Shown: in pieces, positions 58,320 through 64,000 of the stretch
Position numbering within the stretch: the first letter of the stretch is position 1
How the letters are laid out: every line of letters starts with the position of its first letter
Assembly (NCBI GenBank): GCA_048939995.1
Contig: JBHLOY010000006.1
Span: 1-64,000 of the forward strand
Direction: 5' to 3'
Source of the DNA: Promethearchaeota archaeon
GTDB taxonomy: Archaea; Asgardarchaeota; Lokiarchaeia; Sigyniarchaeales; SOKP01
DNA length: 64,000 nt
Position numbers and translations under genes: made by a program
Notes under the pieces: generated by a model
Seen by the model: only the letters and a program-made list of their open reading frames with translations
What the model was told of the DNA's origin: nothing
The model's database searches: none

Positions 58320-59684
58320 ATGATTCTAATAACGCAATTAAATTGGGGAATTTTTGAAATTATATCCTTAATCATAATTTTTGTTGGGGGATTTCTATTT
58401 ACTTATTTTATTATTCCATATATCATTAAACTGATGAAAAAAAAAGGATTTACTGGGATTGATATCCATAAAAATGACAAACCAGAAATCCCTGAATCGG
58501 GGGGTTTAAGTATTCTCTTTGGATTAACTTTAACTACAATATTATCATTCATTTTTTTTCCAATTCTATTTAATGAATTAATGATATTTTTATTAACAAT
58601 ACTATTATCGGGAGCAATTGGCTATATTGATGATCGAAAAAAGTTAAGATCCCGATACAAAATTCTACTCACAATTTTCACAGGGGTAGTAATTTTTGTA
58701 GCAAATTTCTTTGGTTATATTAATATTCAATCCCCTACAATACCAATCCTCGGAGAAACGAGATTAACTAGAATCTACCCTGTTATCGTTCCGTTAATTG
58801 TAGCTATTTTAACTAATACATCGAATATGTTAGAAGGTTATAACGGAGAAGGAGCCGGTACGTCTTTGATTGCACTAATTTTTTTGCTAATTTGTGCTTT
58901 TATATGGAATTCGTCTGAAGCATTAGTATTTATAATATCTGGAATCAGTGTTTTAATCCCATTCTTCCTATTTAATAAATACCCTGCAAAAATCTTCCCG
59001 GGTGATGTAGGTACTTTAACTATGGGGGCATTATTTGCTTGTATAGCATTATTGGGATCATTAGAAGTCGCTGTGTTTAGTGCATTATTGATTCATTTTT
59101 TTAATAGTTTTTTTGTTATTAGTTCTGTTAAAGGATTTCTAGAAAGTAGTGAAATACAAGGACAAAAGAGTGATATAATCCTCATGAATGATGATTTAAT
59201 TACAGCCTCCGAAGAAAAGAGGGCAGCGCTAACATTACCACGCTTAATTTTAGCCAAAGGGCCCTTAACAGAACCTCAATTAATAAAAAATTTTTTGATC
59301 ATTTCTGTCGTATGTGGGTTATTTTCAATTGTTTCAATGATATTTATCCATTGGACCTTAAATAATATAGATTTAGCACCATTAATTATATCTGTAATAA
59401 TTACTTTAGTTATAATCACTATTATATTATACATCTTCCCAAGAGTAAGGGGTATTGTCATGTTAATGATAACTTTTTTAGGAATCATTATCATACTTTT
59501 GATTTTTATTGATTCAATTATCATGGAGATTTTTTATCAAGATATTGATTTAGGATTTATAAGAATACCAACTAATATTATCTTCTCTATTATGTTTATA
59601 GTACCATGTCTAGCATTATGGTACTATTTAACAATCAGATATTTCTGGTCTCAAATCAAAAAAATAAAGTATAAAAAAGCCTGA
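58320..59684 (+). CDS. aglH: UDP-GlcNAc:dolichyl-phosphate GlcNAc-1-P transferase (AglH/Alg7, MraY family)
   Basis: GIDIHK...IPESGG, GYIDD, NMLEGYNG, FNKYPAKIFPGDVG. Confidence 0.88.
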   Translation: MILITQLNWGIFEIISLIIIFVGGFLFTYFIIPYIIKLMKKKGFTGIDIHKNDKPEIPESGGLSILFGLTLTTILSFIFFPILFNELMIFLLTILLSGAIGYIDDRKKLRSRYKILLTIFTGVVIFVANFFGYINIQSPTIPILGETRLTRIYPVIVPLIVAILTNTSNMLEGYNGEGAGTSLIALIFLLICAFIWNSSEALVFIISGISVLIPFFLFNKYPAKIFPGDVGTLTMGALFACIALLGSLEVAVFSALLIHFFNSFFVISSVKGFLESSEIQGQKSDIILMNDDLITASEEKRAALTLPRLILAKGPLTEPQLIKNFLIISVVCGLFSIVSMIFIHWTLNNIDLAPLIISVIITLVIITIILYIFPRVRGIVMLMITFLGIIIILLIFIDSIIMEIFYQDIDLGFIRIPTNIIFSIMFIVPCLALWYYLTIRYFWSQIKKIKYKKA

Positions 59685-59701
59685 ATTAAAAATCTTTATG
59701 A

Positions 59702-60805
59702 TTATTGGGGAATTCTTTCTGTTATGTTCTTAAAACATATTTCATTCGGATTTTCAAAATCTTTAAGTCTATTTCTAAAATTTCTCGAAAAATGATTAGG
59801 TTTTGGGTTAATTGATAAAATTTCAATTGCTTTTTCAGCAACTTTATTATATTGTTTAATATGAACTAACGGAAAATTGTTCCTCATTAAGAACAGTTCT
59901 TGGGGTGCTGAATCTCCGGGAAAAAATTCAATACTTGGTACATCTAATAGGCTTGATTCACGAACGATTGTTCCTCCCCCACTAATAACTAAAGCAGAAT
60001 AGAAACAAAGATTAGTCATATTAGGTAAATAACGTGTCAAAATAATGTTTTTATTTTGCAGATAATCTCTTAATCTAACTTTAAGATAATTTTCTTGCTG
60101 ATTTGTTCTAGTGATAATGAAGTATTTTAGGTTAGGAAATTCCTTAAAAATTTGAGGAAAAAAATCAGAAATTAATGTCTTTTCAGGTTCAAGTTTGGAT
60201 AAAAAATAACTTGCGAAACTAGGTTCGCTTCTGATAATAATATATTGTCCCTTTTCAATATCAAACTTTTTAAGTGCCTCAAAGTTAGGCTGAAATTCCA
60301 ATAACCATGCGATCTCATCAATTCCATTATATCTAATGAGTTTTTCTGGATTTGCATGAAGTTTTATATACCAATCTTTCGGTACACACTCAGGAGTTAT
60401 TATTTTATCTATATAGGGAAAAAGTAATTTACAAACATGAACATTCCTTGGTTCGTCATTATAGCCAATAGATGGGATATTTAAGCCATAAGAGATTCTT
60501 GCCCCTTCAAGAGAAGAAAAGGTTATAAAAAATTCTGGTTCAAATTCGGAAATATATGGATATAAACCTCCTAATCTCTCAATGTATGCTTTCAATTTCC
60601 CATTCAGCTTTGCACCTCCATGTCTCCCCACTTTTATATAATTTATTTCTAAATCGTCTAAGATTTGGAAAGTCGAGTCATAATCTCTAGCAGTGATTAA
60701 AAGGGAGGCTCCTTCATCCTCTAGTTTGGTGATTAGAGAATTAAACATTATTGCTGTTTTAGGTTCTTCAATATCAATCCAAATCTTTTTATTATCTAAG
60801 CTCAT
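59702..60805 (-). CDS. DUF354 family GT-B-like protein
   Basis: KIWIDI, ITARDY, VGRHGG, YNGIDE, IIRSEP..ASY, GGGTIVRES..LDVPSI; likely start MSLDN. Confidence 0.85.
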   Translation of the reverse strand: MSLDNKKIWIDIEEPKTAIMFNSLITKLEDEGASLLITARDYDSTFQILDDLEINYIKVGRHGGAKLNGKLKAYIERLGGLYPYISEFEPEFFITFSSLEGARISYGLNIPSIGYNDEPRNVHVCKLLFPYIDKIITPECVPKDWYIKLHANPEKLIRYNGIDEIAWLLEFQPNFEALKKFDIEKGQYIIIRSEPSFASYFLSKLEPEKTLISDFFPQIFKEFPNLKYFIITRTNQQENYLKVRLRDYLQNKNIILTRYLPNMTNLCFYSALVISGGGTIVRESSLLDVPSIEFFPGDSAPQELFLMRNNFPLVHIKQYNKVAEKAIEILSINPKPNHFSRNFRNRLKDFENPNEICFKNITERIPQ

Positions 60806-60840
60806 TAAATCAGCATTTAAATATTTATCCCATTTCAAAT

Positions 60841-61584
60841 TTAGGTAAATTTTTTTAAAAATTTTGCTGGATTACCTACTATCACATCATTCTCAGCAGT
60901 ATCTTTTACTACTACAGCTCCAGCTCCAACAATAGTTCCCTTTTTTAGAGTTATGTCCGGTAAAATTACAGAATTTGCCCCAATTGATACAAAATCTTCA
61001 ATATTTGCGCCTTTTAAACGAAAATCTTTACGTTTCATATATTTATCATTAGTTAATTTGCAATAAGGACCCATGAAAACATTATTTCCTATTTTAGAAA
61101 ATAATGGGATATATACCCCTGTTTGAATACTTACATCATTTCCAATATTTACATTACCATCGATGACGCAATTAGTCCCTACTAAAGAATTTTTCCCGAT
61201 TCGTGTTTTTTCTCGAATTAACACATTGTGCCCTGTCTGGCAATTATCACCAATTATAACCTCTGAGTATATTATTGAACTTGCTCTTATTGTGCAATCT
61301 GACCCTATAGATAACATCGGTCCTTCAAAATCATTAATTTGTTGTTTGCCTTCAATTATTTGCTTCAAAACATTCCTTTGGGGATGCCCTATAATGCAAT
61401 TCTCCCCTATATATGATCCTTTCTTTATGAATGCTTTTCCATAGATTTTTACACCCTTAGAAATATAAACATCTTTTTCTATCTTTACACCTTTTCCAAT
61501 CACAGTAAAATTATCTATAAATGCATCTTGGTGGATTTCTGCTTCAGAATGAATGATTGATAATTCTTGATTAGCCCTAATCAA
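60841..61584 (-). CDS. Hexapeptide-repeat (LbH) acetyltransferase, sugar-modifying type
   Basis: Repeated [IV]GxN/D hexapeptides, TNDKY, VGAGAVVVKD, VGNPAK. Confidence 0.9.
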   Translation of the reverse strand: MIRANQELSIIHSEAEIHQDAFIDNFTVIGKGVKIEKDVYISKGVKIYGKAFIKKGSYIGENCIIGHPQRNVLKQIIEGKQQINDFEGPMLSIGSDCTIRASSIIYSEVIIGDNCQTGHNVLIREKTRIGKNSLVGTNCVIDGNVNIGNDVSIQTGVYIPLFSKIGNNVFMGPYCKLTNDKYMKRKDFRLKGANIEDFVSIGANSVILPDITLKKGTIVGAGAVVVKDTAENDVIVGNPAKFLKKFT

Positions 61585-61756
61585 TGTATCTCATATATTC
61601 ATTTTTGTATTTAATTTATTTAAATAAAAATTATTTTATTAATTTTCACATAAAAATTTGTTCTGTAGATTTACTAAATTCTAAATTTTAGATAAACTAC
61701 CACGATCATTTGAGCGAATGATTAAAAGAGGTTAAATTGGTTTAATCATAAAATTG

Positions 61757-62050
61757 TTAGTTCTCACATTGACATGGATTTTTTCCACACTTATTACATT
61801 GATTAGGATATTTCTCAATTAAGGCTTCTTCTAAATCAATATCCAGTAAATTTGCGATTGAAATCGTCCATGCTACAATGTCTGCTAACTCTTCAGAAAT
61901 CTTTTTGACTGGCATTTCCTTCTCTTTTAACAGGTTGGCTAGTTCTCCAATTTCCTCAACTAACCAAATAAAACTGTTTCTAATTCCTCTTTTATAATCT
62001 TTTTTATAGTATAAGGTTCTTATCAAATTTTGAAAATCTGAGATCCTCAT
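61757..62050 (-). CDS. MazG-like nucleotide pyrophosphohydrolase
   Basis: WLVEEIGELA, EELADIVAW, C-terminal CxxC...CxC. Confidence 0.9.
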   Translation of the reverse strand: MRISDFQNLIRTLYYKKDYKRGIRNSFIWLVEEIGELANLLKEKEMPVKKISEELADIVAWTISIANLLDIDLEEALIEKYPNQCNKCGKNPCQCEN

Positions 62051-62097
62051 ATTAACACTTCTTTAAGAAAAACTGATAAGAATTCTTTGAACTTATC

Positions 62098-62316
62098 TTA
62101 CCCAAAACTGAATAACCAATTAAAAACACGCAACCAAGCAAGTATAACTATCAGTATTAAAGCAACAGCAAATATTATTGTTGAAATCGGACCTACTTTA
62201 ATTCCAATCGAACTGTCTTCAAAAAACCGCATTAATCCTGCTCCACCCATAGGCATAGGAGCGCTTCCACTTCGTCTTTTTCTACGTCTTGATTGAGATT
62301 TTCTTTTAGTTGACAT
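62098..62316 (-). CDS. secG: Preprotein translocase subunit Sec61beta (archaeal SecG)
   Basis: Basic N-terminus, AGLMRFFED..IKVGP, single C-terminal TM. Confidence 0.92.
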   Translation of the reverse strand: MSTKRKSQSRRRKRRSGSAPMPMGGAGLMRFFEDSSIGIKVGPISTIIFAVALILIVILAWLRVFNWLFSFG

Positions 62317-62465
62317 AATTAGATTTTATATTTTTAATTTATATTATTTAAAGATAAAATTCGAATTATATTAAGTTTTATTCCGAAATATAAAAAAAAA
62401 TTAAATAAATTTTTATTAATAATTTTAATTATTCTTAGTTAACTTTTGGAGTAAGTTAAAAATAA

Positions 62466-64000
62466 ATGTTTAGATTAAAAAAAATTTTTGTTGTAATTAT
62501 TGGACTTCTTATTCTTACACTTTTAATTTCATCAATTAACATAAATTCTAAGACTAATATTCAAAATAATAATCAAAATACAAATCTGGAATTATCAAAC
62601 AGCTTGGAAGGAGCTGAAAATGTATTAATTACTGAAATAATAAGAAACGTAAATATTAGTCGATATGGCTTGGTGCACATTGAAGATATATTAATTGTTT
62701 TAAATAAAAATAACAACCCTATAACTTCAATTTCAATTGGAATACCTAAGGAAAAGTTTTCTGATTTACTATACATCCAAGCTAAAGATTCCGGAGAAGA
62801 ATCTCTTCTAACTGAGAGAGCCAATTTTGAGATCAATGATTTTAGAATGGTTATAATCTATTTTGATACACCATTGTTGTATCAACAAGATACTACGATC
62901 TTTATCATGCAAACCTATAATTACTTAGTATCGTTTGAAACGTCTGGTTCAGAACAGAATATAAATCTTACCTCTTTTGTATTTCCAATTCTCCCCTATA
63001 AAGCAAATGGGGAAAATATTAAAACAATTGTTAGAACTCCTCAAGACTCAACGATTATTGAATTTGAGAAGATTGACACAATGGGGGGTGAAATTTCACC
63101 TGGGATTCTTTTATATGATTTAGCTTCAAGTCTGACAATTGAATATTTGGAACCATTTTTAGTTAATCTTCCTGATGAAAGTAAGGAAATTACAATTATT
63201 TTTCAGAACATTCAGTATATAAAATTAGAAATAGAAACAATCAATCGAGATATAAATATTCTACCATTAGGTATAATTAAGATTAAGGAAGTGCTTTTGA
63301 TTCAGAATACTGGAGCTGTTCCTATCTATAATTTTGATTTTAAGATTCCCTCTCACTCTAAAAATCTGCGTGTCTTTGATAATATTGGAAATCTGGCAAT
63401 AACGACAACAGAATCCAATTCAGATCACAAAAGCATTGAAATTAATCTATTACGAAACAGAGTAGGTATTTCACCCCTTTCTAAATTTGAATTTACTGTA
63501 GAATATAACTTACCTTTCGACGATTACATCTCTCTGAATTGGTTTCAACAATCATTTCAAATAGACTTAATGATAACTAGATATCCCTTTCTAGGAAATA
63601 ATGAATTTATTAATATAATTATTGAAGGTTGTGGTAATTTAGACTTCATCTCTTCCCTACCCGACGCGATTATAGATTCAGAAGGATCTAAAATTCTTAT
63701 TTATAACTTAAATGATGTGAGTCCATTGGAATCCAATTTAATCCAGATTACCTTTGCTATTGATTTATTTGACTTACTTCTTCGACCTATGATAATTGTG
63801 ATTATCATTACCTCTATCTCATCATTTTATGTAGTTTTCATAAAATTAAGTAAGAAAAAGGAGGGGGTCTCGATTATTGAAAGAGACGTGAAGGTTTTAA
63901 ATGAACTTAGAGAATTTTGCGCTTTATTTGAGGAAAAAAATGCTCTTATGTTAGAAATTAGAAAAGCAGAAGAGAATTTAAAGCGTAAAAAAGTTACAAA
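62466..64000 (+). CDS. Ribophorin I (RPN1/Ost1)-like protein, partial (runs off window end; absent from ORF track)
   Basis: Manual translation from ATG 62466: signal peptide MFRLKKIFVVIIGLLILTLL; IIRNVNISRYGLVHIEDILIVLN and INRDINILPLGIIKIKEVLLIQNTGA...IPSHSKNLRVFDNIGNL; TM LLRPMIIVIIITSISSFYVVF; cytoplasmic helical tail. Confidence 0.78.
   Translation, partial: MFRLKKIFVVIIGLLILTLLISSININSKTNIQNNNQNTNLELSNSLEGAENVLITEIIRNVNISRYGLVHIEDILIVLNKNNNPITSISIGIPKEKFSDLLYIQAKDSGEESLLTERANFEINDFRMVIIYFDTPLLYQQDTTIFIMQTYNYLVSFETSGSEQNINLTSFVFPILPYKANGENIKTIVRTPQDSTIIEFEKIDTMGGEISPGILLYDLASSLTIEYLEPFLVNLPDESKEITIIFQNIQYIKLEIETINRDINILPLGIIKIKEVLLIQNTGAVPIYNFDFKIPSHSKNLRVFDNIGNLAITTTESNSDHKSIEINLLRNRVGISPLSKFEFTVEYNLPFDDYISLNWFQQSFQIDLMITRYPFLGNNEFINIIIEGCGNLDFISSLPDAIIDSEGSKILIYNLNDVSPLESNLIQITFAIDLFDLLLRPMIIVIIITSISSFYVVFIKLSKKKEGVSIIERDVKVLNELREFCALFEEKNALMLEIRKAEENLKRKKVT

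Noticed and set aside
848-62836. Many short ORFs nested in or antisense to long genes (e.g. 20794..21213, 23610..23987, 55601..55924, 62573..62836)
   Set aside because: They overlap well-supported genes and show no motifs
1-64000. CRISPR arrays, IS elements, integrases, rRNA
   Set aside because: No spaced repeats, transposase or integrase motifs, or long GC-rich RNA genes seen; intergenic gaps are short

Overview
AT-rich, gene-dense archaeal chromosome segment, most likely an Asgard archaeon of the Lokiarchaeia type (inferred from gene content only). Archaeal core genes: topo VI A/B, MCM, GINS, type 2 MetAP, AglH, CofD/CofE, HdrC and an intron-containing tRNA. Eukaryotic-signature-type genes: a Rab/Ras-like GTPase, roadblock/longin-like proteins, V4R/Bet3-like proteins, Sec61beta and a ribophorin I homologue. 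Main elements in order: partial valS; tRNA-Ala(CGC) with a 28-nt BHB intron at non-canonical position 27/28; orphan glycyl radical enzyme; orphan Dam-type methylase; AAA+/vWA/SWIM triad; coaBC; top6B (about twice the usual size)-top6A-orf-pyrE; GINS, a membrane HEAT protein and MCM; small GTPase; HDAC; Pro-rich coiled-coil Zn-ribbon protein; a 7-gene, 12-kb MoxR/DUF58/DUF4350/DUF4129 membrane system headed by a catalytically dead transglutaminase with an Ig-repeat stalk; lipS2-ligase-lipS1-fbiB-cofD operon; chimeric LeuRS; bacterial-type TIM; V4R pair; glycosylation/translocon cluster ending in a partial ribophorin I gene. No CRISPR array, rRNA or mobile element was recognised. All family calls come from motif recognition by eye, not database searches.
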